From positions 1 to 28,175 of the forward strand of contig JAOZFI010000001.1 of assembly GCA_027491395.1 (NCBI GenBank): a stretch of 28,175 nucleotides of DNA, given 5' to 3'. Numbering within the stretch: the first letter of the stretch is position 1; each line of letters opens with the position of its first letter. The position numbers and the translations under genes are program-made. Shown here piece by piece: positions 17,706 to 25,573 of this stretch. A model generated the notes under the pieces. That model did not search any database and was not told where the DNA came from. It worked only from the letters and a program-made list of their open reading frames with translations. Source of the stretch: Thermoproteota archaeon (GTDB lineage: Archaea > Korarchaeota > Korarchaeia > Korarchaeales > Korarchaeaceae).

Positions 17706-17765
17706 GGGGCTCGGATCGGCACTGCGTCTTCATGACTCCGCGCCCCTTCGCCACCTCATCGCCCC
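17706..17765 (-). ncRNA. Candidate archaeal box C/D guide sRNA
   Basis: GGGGC-G-[C ATGAGGT]-12 nt-[D' CGGA]-GTC-[C' ATGAAGA]-12 nt-[D CCGA]-GCCCC: terminal stem, four GA-containing boxes, canonical 12-nt guides. Confidence 0.65.
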
Positions 17766-17974
17766 TCTCCAATAAGAGATGCGAAGAAAAACATCTTGCC
17801 TTGACTCCACCTATCCACCCACTTGGCTACGATATTGAGATTCCTCTCTGCACACCTACATTTTTCTATTTTGATGGAGGAAAAAATAAAAACAGTAGGA
17901 TTTGTCCGCGAGTAGGTTGTATTAGTGCAGGGAACACGTAAGGACTAATAAAATTCAGGTCGTAAATCCTCCCT

Positions 17975-19129
17975 ATGCAGAGACGTGAGTTCCTTAAGAT
18001 TGCTGTAGCAGGCGCTGCTGGCTTCGCAGTGGGATCTCTGGTGGGATTACCCATAAAGAAGAGCGGGATGGAAGGTGTCAGTGGGAAAGAGGTCGCTTCC
18101 AAGATACAGGAGGGTTCCCACAGAGTAGAGGCGCTCAAGGTGTATAACTGGTCCTATTACATCCAAGAGCTACTCCTAGATATATTTGCCAAAGAGGTGG
18201 GTATGGATAGGAAGAAATTGGTGTATGATGTTTTCGAGGATCCCTCAGAACCTTTCTCCAAAATAGCAGCTGGGGGTAGCGGATATGACTTGGTAGTTCT
18301 CCCAGACGCGGAAGCTGCTCTTGCTATAAGTAAGGGATTTGTCAGGAGACTGGACAAGTCCCTTATACCCAACCTGAGGTTCGTGGATCCGGATTTCCTG
18401 CATCCCCCATTCGATCCAGATAACGAGTACAGTGTAGTTTACATGTGGGGCATAACGGCTTATTCATGGAGGTCAGACTTCGTCCCTAAAGGTGTGACCA
18501 CCCTCAAGCAGATATTCGATCCAGAGCTGGACTTCTTGAAGAGGCATGGGAAGAGGGTGATGATGCTGGAGGAGGCCATGGAAGTCGTCCTCTCTGCCAA
18601 GGCCTACTTAGGTAAGGACCCCTATGACTGGGGTGATAAGACGATGGAGGAGGTGAAGGAAGTACTGATCAGGCAGAAGCCCTATTTGGCTGGCTACGGA
18701 GGAACAAGCGAGTATTACAGGGGCTTTGCCGAGGGAAGCATAGATGTAGCTCAAGCCTATAACGGTGACATAGCTCTCTTGAGGACCGAGGAACATCCAG
18801 AACTCGCCGACAAGGTCAAATTCGGAATACCGGAGGAGGGAGGGACTAGATGGACTGATAATATGCTGATACCAAAGGACGCTCCCCATCCCGAGGCGGC
18901 CCATCTCTTCATAAACTTCCTGCTGGACCCAGCTGTAGCTGCCGTCAACTCGCTTTACGTAAAGTACATGAGTCCAGTGAAAGACGCCAAACCTCTTATA
19001 GAGAAAGTCCTCAGCGATCCCGAGATATACCCCACCAACATCAAGGATAGAACTTGGTATGTACCGCTGCTCACGGAGGAGGATCATGCTAAGCTCATGA
19101 AAGTATGGAAGGAGGTCCAAGGGTCCTGA
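17975..19129 (+). CDS. potD: Spermidine/putrescine-binding protein (PotD/PotF family), Tat signal
   Basis: MQRREFLK twin-arginine signal; VYNWSYYI, GYDLVV, LDKSLIPNL, FDPDNEYSVVYMWG, AYNGD, PEEGGTRWTDNM, AHLFINFLLDP motifs. Confidence 0.9.
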   Translation: MQRREFLKIAVAGAAGFAVGSLVGLPIKKSGMEGVSGKEVASKIQEGSHRVEALKVYNWSYYIQELLLDIFAKEVGMDRKKLVYDVFEDPSEPFSKIAAGGSGYDLVVLPDAEAALAISKGFVRRLDKSLIPNLRFVDPDFLHPPFDPDNEYSVVYMWGITAYSWRSDFVPKGVTTLKQIFDPELDFLKRHGKRVMMLEEAMEVVLSAKAYLGKDPYDWGDKTMEEVKEVLIRQKPYLAGYGGTSEYYRGFAEGSIDVAQAYNGDIALLRTEEHPELADKVKFGIPEEGGTRWTDNMLIPKDAPHPEAAHLFINFLLDPAVAAVNSLYVKYMSPVKDAKPLIEKVLSDPEIYPTNIKDRTWYVPLLTEEDHAKLMKVWKEVQGS

Positions 19130-19139
19130 CCTCTGCGTC

Positions 19140-19318
19140 AGGATGAGATGGAGTGGGGGTTGCAACATCGGAGACCCCACACCCCCGGAGATATGCACCC
19201 TTCTCCACCATTGTCAGCTACCTCTACTTCTCATGTCCCAAAGAATCTCTGAACTGAGAAGTGCCTAGACCGACTGTGGACACCCTCATATCCGAGGTGA
19301 AGGGAACCTGAACTCCAT
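19140..19318 (-). pseudogene. Degenerate N-terminal remnant of an aldo/keto reductase
   Basis: ATG 19318 MEFR, then after a frameshift SDMRVSTVGLGTSQF...AYLRGCGVSDVA, matching the AKR start (S.L.VS.IGLGT.QF...A...G....D.A); two in-frame TAG stops. Confidence 0.6.
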
Positions 19319-19408
19319 ATGACTTCCAGTAGTGCTTCCTCAAATGGATTCGCGCCCAAAAAAACAAAACACTTATTACTCTCCACCCTGAGTGGGAGCT
19401 GAGGGCAA

Positions 19409-19834
19409 ATGGACGAAGTGGAGCAAATAGGGCTCAACTGGGATCGTTTCTCCCAGAGAATAAAGGAGGATCCCTACGAGTTCCTCAAGCTGGGGCCCGA
19501 GGAACTCAGGAGGGTGATAATGGAGAACCTCACCCCGTTGGCCAAGTTCCTAGGAGTAAATGCGATAATATACGAGTGCGGCAGGTGGTACGCTAGGATA
19601 GAGAGGATAGATCTGGAGGATGAGGAGCCAGAGCTGAGTGAGGTCATGGACAAGGAATGCTATGTCTCCTTGGAGGACGAGAATGGGTGCGATGTAGTGG
19701 TCTTGGCCATCAGGGAGGATGAGACAGGAGATGTGGAGGCATTCGCCCGTTCTGCTGGTGAAATACTTGAGATAATATTCAACGGGAAGGCCTGCGAGAA
19801 TCAAGACGTCCCGTGGGATGACTTCCAGTGGTGA
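19409..19834 (+). CDS. Acidic hypothetical protein (141 aa)
   Basis: GAGGG SD; host-like codon usage; D/E-rich with four Cys; no family recognised. Confidence 0.75.
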   Translation: MDEVEQIGLNWDRFSQRIKEDPYEFLKLGPEELRRVIMENLTPLAKFLGVNAIIYECGRWYARIERIDLEDEEPELSEVMDKECYVSLEDENGCDVVVLAIREDETGDVEAFARSAGEILEIIFNGKACENQDVPWDDFQW

Positions 19835-19866
19835 AAGCGTATATTTTTCACCCTCTCCTCTAGTTT

Positions 19867-20730
19867 ATGTCGGGATTGTCTGGGGGAACCGTTGATAGGC
19901 TCGAAGTTTACGTGTTGGCAGAAGAGCATGCTTCAGGCATGTTCTGGGCTCAGCATGGCATATCCTTCCTACTAAAGGTCCGCTCCGGTGAGCAGGTTCA
20001 TGAGATCCTCTTCGACACCGGAAACAGCTGGGAACCCATCGAACACAACCTCAGGCTGCTGGGCCAAGATGTATCGAGAGTTAAAGCAGTAGTCCTTTCG
20101 CACAGGCATTACGACCACACAGGAGGCCTCAGAGGTCTCCTGACAGATCTGAACAGGGAGATCACGATCATATCACATCCGGACCTCTTCAGACCGAACT
20201 TCGTCCTGCCTCTGAGGGAGATAGGTATACCCTTCACTAGGGAAGAGCTTGAAGGACTGGGTGCGAGGTTCCTCCTGACCCGCGATCCTATTGAAATAGT
20301 GTCCGGGGTTGAGACGACTGGGGAGATTCCCAGAACCTCTGAGTTAGAAAGGGAGATGACCATTGAGACCTACACGGTGGATGATGACGGGAGACTGGTT
20401 AGAGATCCCATAATGGATGATGTCTCCCTCATCGTGAAGCTGGGAGGGGGATCTGTGGTGCTAACCGGATGCTCCCATGCTGGAGTGGTGAATATAGTGA
20501 AGAGGGCACTGGAAATAGCCGGCCCGGTCAGAGCGGTGATGGGAGGCTTCCACCTCGTCAGTGCCTCTGAAGAGAGGATAGAGGCTACTGTCAAGGCCCT
20601 CCGAAACTTGGGTGTGGAGCAGGTAATCACCGGTCACTGCACAGGTTTGCCAGCGGAGTGCGCGTTCAGAAGAGCATATGGAGAAGGTTTCTCACAACTG
20701 GCCGTGGGAAGAGTGTTCAAATTTACCTAG
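19867..20730 (+). CDS. MBL-fold metallo-hydrolase (COG1237, MJ0301/dihydropteroate synthase-like clade)
   Basis: QHGISF, ILFDTG, LSHRHYDHTGG, TGCSHAG, MGGFH, GHCT motifs. Confidence 0.9.
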   Translation: MSGLSGGTVDRLEVYVLAEEHASGMFWAQHGISFLLKVRSGEQVHEILFDTGNSWEPIEHNLRLLGQDVSRVKAVVLSHRHYDHTGGLRGLLTDLNREITIISHPDLFRPNFVLPLREIGIPFTREELEGLGARFLLTRDPIEIVSGVETTGEIPRTSELEREMTIETYTVDDDGRLVRDPIMDDVSLIVKLGGGSVVLTGCSHAGVVNIVKRALEIAGPVRAVMGGFHLVSASEERIEATVKALRNLGVEQVITGHCTGLPAECAFRRAYGEGFSQLAVGRVFKFT

Positions 20731-20736
20731 AGAGGA

Positions 20737-21426
20737 TTAGAGAACATCAGACAAGTAGAACTCAATCATGTTTCCCTTCCTCCTCTCCCATACGAGGCCG
20801 CTCCTCTCGAGGACATTGAGGTGCCACCTCAAGCTTCCCAGACTCATCCCCAGATCCCTGGACATCTGTCTCAGGTAAGCGCCCGGGTTCACCCTCAGGT
20901 ACTCTATTATGGCCCTCCTCGCACTGCTCGATGCGACTCCACGATGCTGCGACATCAGCACCCTGAGCTGGCACTCCTTAAGCTCACAGCACCCAGACTC
21001 TTCAACGAGCACCAGCTGACCCGTGAGGGCGGAGAGGAATCCTGCTACGAATCCCCTGAGGAAGTTGCACCCACCCATCCCTCCCTGTTTCCTCACCTCC
21101 TCGGCCCCACTGACCCTGAGGACCGCGCCTTCCGGTCCTGAATTCAACACATCCATCTTTTCAGCCATGTTCAGATGGGAATTCACCTCCTCAAGGGCGT
21201 TCCACGGACTGATCGATGGATTGGCCTTTTTTACTGCCTCCCCAACTCTCTCACCGAGTCTCAATCCGAACATATAGACCAAGAGACCCCCCTCAGGTGT
21301 GGAGGTCTCTACCAAGCTTATCAGAGAGGAACAGGCGCTCCTCAGCAGATGACTGGAGGAAGGACCCAAGACCTCCTCGAGCACTTTCCCGATATGATTC
21401 CCTATCCTAGACCTATCTAGACTCAT
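20737..21426 (-). CDS. V4R-domain protein with C-terminal winged HTH (transcription regulator)
   Basis: V4R-like CNFLRGFVAGFLSALTG..V.VEESGCC...EC; C-terminal RRAIIEYLRVNPGAYLRQMSRDLGMSLGSLRWHLNVLE wHTH. ATG 21426 preferred; GTG 21495 possible. Confidence 0.8.
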   Translation of the reverse strand: MSLDRSRIGNHIGKVLEEVLGPSSSHLLRSACSSLISLVETSTPEGGLLVYMFGLRLGERVGEAVKKANPSISPWNALEEVNSHLNMAEKMDVLNSGPEGAVLRVSGAEEVRKQGGMGGCNFLRGFVAGFLSALTGQLVLVEESGCCELKECQLRVLMSQHRGVASSSARRAIIEYLRVNPGAYLRQMSRDLGMSLGSLRWHLNVLERSGLVWERRKGNMIEFYLSDVL

Positions 21427-21538
21427 TATAATTCTTGATATTACTTTATTACTTAAATGGGTTACTGACTTGAGGATTCTAGAGTTCCTAGACACTCGTG
21501 CTATATCTGTTATTCAAATCATATGATCAGACCTCTAG

Positions 21539-22009
21539 GTGATTGAGTTGGCCAAGAGGCTGATGATTGTGGTCAGTAAAGGAACCTTAGACATGGCCTA
21601 TCCCCCCCTCATATTGGCCCAGATCGGAGCGGCCATGGGCTTGGAGGTCGGTCTCTTCTTCACATTCTGGGGTTTCGACATAATAAGAAAGGACAGGGTT
21701 GATAACCTCAAGGTGACTCCGGTAGGGAATCCATCGATGGGAGTGCCGAACATACTAGCTATAATCCCAGGAATGACCGCAATGGCGACTGGCATGGTGA
21801 GGAAGAAGATAAAGGAGCTCAACATGCCTACCGTAAGGGATATGATAAAGGAATGCAAGGACCTAGGAGTGAAGTTCTACGCCTGCTCAACTACAATGGA
21901 GATGTTCGGCCTGAAGAGGGAGGACCTGATAGAGGAGGTGGATGATGTAGTCGGCGCGACTACTTTCATGAACATGGCCATGGAGGATTCCGTAGTGATG
22001 TTCGTGTAA
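21539..22009 (+). CDS. DsrE/DsrF/DrsH-like (DsrE2-type) sulfur-carrier protein
   Basis: SKGTLDMAYPPLILA, LFFTFWG, GVKFYACSTTMEMFG (conserved Cys), VGATTF motifs. Confidence 0.9.
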   Translation: MIELAKRLMIVVSKGTLDMAYPPLILAQIGAAMGLEVGLFFTFWGFDIIRKDRVDNLKVTPVGNPSMGVPNILAIIPGMTAMATGMVRKKIKELNMPTVRDMIKECKDLGVKFYACSTTMEMFGLKREDLIEEVDDVVGATTFMNMAMEDSVVMFV

Positions 22010-22049
22010 CCACCTAATAATCTTTCTAGGGTGGATGAGCTCCCGGCCC

Positions 22050-23362
22050 TCATTTCACCTCGTACTTACTCATGATCTGCTGCCTAGTGAGGAACCCTCT
22101 CTTAGTCAGCCTCCTATACGCTAGCTCAATGGAAGCAAAGGCTAGGACATTAATCCATATCGTGTAGAAAACTCGTTGGTCTGTTCGCCACTGATAATAC
22201 ATTAGGAGGGAGAATATGGCTAAGACCATGACTAGGCTGAAGGCTACGAGGGACTTACTCGCTCTCGTCTCATCGATCAGCCTCAGGTGAGATAGTATGG
22301 CGAAAATGTACACTAGGAGGAATGCCGCACTGCAGATCGCGGCGATCCCCTCTATGTTGAAGAGTAACGCGAAGATAATCCCCAATCCGGCCGTTATGTA
22401 GAGGCCCTCAGGAGCAGAGAACCAAGACCTTCTCTCGAAGACGGGAGGTAGCTCACCCTTTACAGCCAGCGCGTAGGCTATGTTCGCGCCTCCATAGAGG
22501 GTAGCATTTATGGCCGATGAGGTGGAAAAGAGGGCGCCCACTGATATGAATGTGAAACCCAGACTACCCAAGAACGGCTTAGCGGCCTCAGCAAGCGCGT
22601 ACTCCTTAGCCTTTATCAACTCCTCCACTGGCAGATTTCCTACGGCAACCACCGATATGGGCACGTAGACCAATGTCACTATAAGAAGGCTCAAATATAT
22701 TGCCCGAGGGACGTTCTTCTCAGGGTCCTCTATGTCCTCAGACGCGTTAGTTATCAATCCAAAACCAGTGTAGCTCAGGAAGAATATAGTAGCGGCATAC
22801 ACGGCTCCCATGACATGCTTGGAATCAAGCTGGGGTGCTACATAATCGGGATTGATAGTCCACAATCCCCCCCAGAACAAATATCCCAAGGACGAGGAGC
22901 TTACCTAGGACGATGAAGGACTCGGTCCTTCCCACCGTCTTGGATCCGAAGAAATTTAGGGCCACGAAGACCGCTACTACGACGATCTCAACCAACCCAA
23001 ACAGGAATGGGTCTCGAATCCCGATCAGGGCAAGGAGATAACCTGCAAAGGCATCTGAGAACAGGGATAGTGAGACGACGTAACTCATCCACATGAGAAA
23101 GGCCAGAGTTCCAGTAATCTCATTATCTCCTATGCCCCGGAGGATGAACTCTATTGGACCGGCATTGGATATGAATTTCGAGCCCAGCTTGGCGTAATTG
23201 TATGCCACTAGGTAGGCCGCCAGCGAGGATAGGATGAATGCTAGGGGAAGGCTCCTACCCGCTATCTCAGCGCCAACTCCTAGGATAGAGAATATACTAG
23301 CCCCTATTATTATACCAACCGCTATGGAAGTTGCTTCCCGGAACCGATAATTTCCTCTTCAA
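22050..23362 (-). pseudogene. APC-family amino acid permease with two +1 frameshifts (~23344 and ~22867-22873)
   Basis: TTG 23362 MKRKLS / FREATSIAVGIIIGASIFS...AYNYAKLG...GKLLVLGIFVLG / GLWTINP...FLSYTGFGLITNASEDIEDPEKNVPRAI. Each junction is restored by deleting one G. Confidence 0.85.
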
Positions 23363-23442
23363 AATTTCACCCTCATGGATTTCACAGGTAGGGTGAACTG
23401 CTATCCCTTAAATCTTCGATCTTATGTATCAGGGGGATCCTC

Positions 23443-24312
23443 ATGGTCGACCTCAAGCCGGAAACTTTGGAGGCCCTGCTCGAATTTCAGAGGAATGAGA
23501 TAACTGAATACAACGTTTACCTGAGTTTGGCCCAGAGGGTGGATGAAGAGAACAGGAGGGTTCTGGAGAAGATAGCTAGGGACGAGCTCAAGCATTACTC
23601 AATTTTGAGGAGATATACAGGCAGGGATGTGGAGCCCAACGCTAAGAAAGTCCTCCTCTACTCGTTGATGGCCAAGATATTCGGCGTCACTTTCGCGATA
23701 AAGCTTATGGAAAGAGGTGAGGAACTGGCTCAGGAGGGATACGAGAAGATAATAGATGAAATTCCAGAGGCAGCAACCCTCCTTCAAGAAGAGGAAGATC
23801 ACGAGAACCAGCTGATACAGCTCCTAAAGGAGGAAAGGGTGGAATATGTGGGATCCATGGTTCTTGGCCTCAACGATGCGCTGGTTGAGCTGACCGGAGC
23901 CCTTGCTGGTCTTACTTTAGCATTGCAGAATGCAAAACTCATAGGCGTCGCGGGTCTAGTCATGGGAGTAGCGGCCAGCCTATCCATGGCGGCGTCCGAG
24001 TACCTATCTAGGAGGTCGGAGGGGGCCGGAAATCCGATCAAGGGAGCCATCTACACAGGAACTGCTTACATAATCACCGTCGCTCTGATGGTATCTCCCT
24101 TCCTTGCTCTTCCCGATCCCTACGTCGCATTGACTTCGATGCTCAGCGTAGCTATATTGATAATTGGAATATTTTCGTTCTTCGTATCTGTCGTGAAGGA
24201 TCAGTCTTTCAAGAGGATGTTCTTGGAAATGCTGGCCATAAGCTTGGGTGTGGCCCTAATCTCGTTCGCTGTTGGGTGGATGGCTAGGGCCGCGTTCGGA
24301 GTTGAGATATGA
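23443..24312 (+). CDS. Ferritin/rubrerythrin-like domain fused to VIT1/CCC1 iron/manganese transporter (MbfA-like)
   Basis: Di-iron ExxH-type motifs (NEITE, DELKH, ERGEE, EEDHE) followed by VLGLNDALVE and SLSMAASEYLS VIT1 motifs. Confidence 0.9.
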   Translation: MVDLKPETLEALLEFQRNEITEYNVYLSLAQRVDEENRRVLEKIARDELKHYSILRRYTGRDVEPNAKKVLLYSLMAKIFGVTFAIKLMERGEELAQEGYEKIIDEIPEAATLLQEEEDHENQLIQLLKEERVEYVGSMVLGLNDALVELTGALAGLTLALQNAKLIGVAGLVMGVAASLSMAASEYLSRRSEGAGNPIKGAIYTGTAYIITVALMVSPFLALPDPYVALTSMLSVAILIIGIFSFFVSVVKDQSFKRMFLEMLAISLGVALISFAVGWMARAAFGVEI

Positions 24313-24360
24313 TCCACCATAAATTATAACAGTTACAACCATTTTTGGGAGCTGGCGGAA

Positions 24361-24391
24361 GGAAAAATGAAAAAAGAATTCAGAAGAAAAA
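24361..24391 (-). terminator. Oligo-T terminator region for cydAA'
   Basis: Minus strand TTTTTCTTCTGAATTCTTTTTTCATTTTTCC downstream of the cydA' stop. Confidence 0.5.
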
Positions 24392-24415
24392 GATAGTTAG
24401 TATAGTTATTAGGGA

Positions 24416-25567
24416 TTATCGCTCCTTGAGGAGCAGGTAGAACAGCGCTACCACAGCTGCCAGCAAGGGTATCAGGAAGACCGTCGTGATCATGTACAGC
24501 TCTGGGAGATTAGCTAGAGTGTTGGCATTTGTCGTGAGCAGCGCCTGCTTGAAGATCTCCGGGAGAGAGTTGACTACCTCTGGCTGAGCCACGAAGTAGG
24601 GGAGCTGGCTGTGCATGTTGAGCATCTCACCCACAAGCACCGTTGCCAAAGCTACGGGTCCGCCTATTTTGGCCCAGCTGATCTGGGTTTCTGTGAGCTC
24701 CCTTGGCCTGAAAACTTGATAGAGGACGATGAACTGAACTAAAACGAGGATCATTTTCACTATAAAGAGCCATCCAAAGTCGATCTCACCGGGCTTTCCT
24801 ATCAGCGACCCGAATATGTTGTAAAACTTGTACGGGGTCGTTATGAGGCTCACCGAGTACCACGCGCCGAAGAACATCATCAGAGCCAAGGAAGCGAAGC
24901 CGTAATTGGCGAACCTGCTCACCAGCTCTAGGTATCTCCCTTTAAGGGAACCCTCGGAGGACTCGTACCTGATGATGTACACGGTCACCATCATGAGGGA
25001 GCCAGCAGCTAGGGCTCCGAAAACGCTCTTCAGGTACAGCGGAAGGAATGTAGGATTCATCAGGGCTTCAACGACATCAAGGTAGGGTTTGGGCTCCAAG
25101 TGAAGCCCAGAAGGAACATTGAGGAATGCGAACACGGCACGGAAGCCGAATGGTATGAGATACCCGGAGAGGGCCATCAGGCCCCCGACGGCTAAGTGGG
25201 TCTGCGGTGGTGACCTGTCCCAAAGGTACCAGTAGAGCACTATAGTCAGGAACCTCAGGGCTATCATCAAAATTGCTAGCCCGAAGGGGACCCAAGTGAG
25301 GTGACCTGCCAGCCCTATGAACTGCGGGTAGAAGCTCAGCAGCATGACGGTAAACGCAGTCCCGAAGACTCCCGCGATGGCATAAGTGCTAGCGTAGTAC
25401 CTCATCAGGATCTTAGCTCTCTCCATTAGGAAGTCGTCGTTCTTCTTCCTAGCGAGCCACTCCATTAGAGGGATGAATGTGGCTATAGCCATGTCCAGAT
25501 TGACAAGGACTATGTGCACACCGAACGATAGAGACAGGAGGGCGGATATCGGTAAGGGAGCCTGCAT
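24416..25567 (-). CDS. CydA'-type second subunit of archaeal cytochrome bd oxidase (CydA paralog replacing CydB)
   Basis: CydA-like fold cues (GVHIVLVNL, YAIAGVFGT, FAFLNVPSG, NPTFLPL, VGEMLN) but degenerate heme/quinol motifs; 6 nt downstream of cydA. Confidence 0.8.
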   Translation of the reverse strand: MQAPLPISALLSLSFGVHIVLVNLDMAIATFIPLMEWLARKKNDDFLMERAKILMRYYASTYAIAGVFGTAFTVMLLSFYPQFIGLAGHLTWVPFGLAILMIALRFLTIVLYWYLWDRSPPQTHLAVGGLMALSGYLIPFGFRAVFAFLNVPSGLHLEPKPYLDVVEALMNPTFLPLYLKSVFGALAAGSLMMVTVYIIRYESSEGSLKGRYLELVSRFANYGFASLALMMFFGAWYSVSLITTPYKFYNIFGSLIGKPGEIDFGWLFIVKMILVLVQFIVLYQVFRPRELTETQISWAKIGGPVALATVLVGEMLNMHSQLPYFVAQPEVVNSLPEIFKQALLTTNANTLANLPELYMITTVFLIPLLAAVVALFYLLLKER

Positions 25568-25573
25568 TACCCA

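Noticed and set aside
17700-17855. Possible hotdog-thioesterase C-terminal fragment (...IVAKWVDR...DEVAKGRGVM) on the minus strand
   Set aside because: It needs a frameshift, lacks a start, and the box C/D sRNA model explains the 3' part better.
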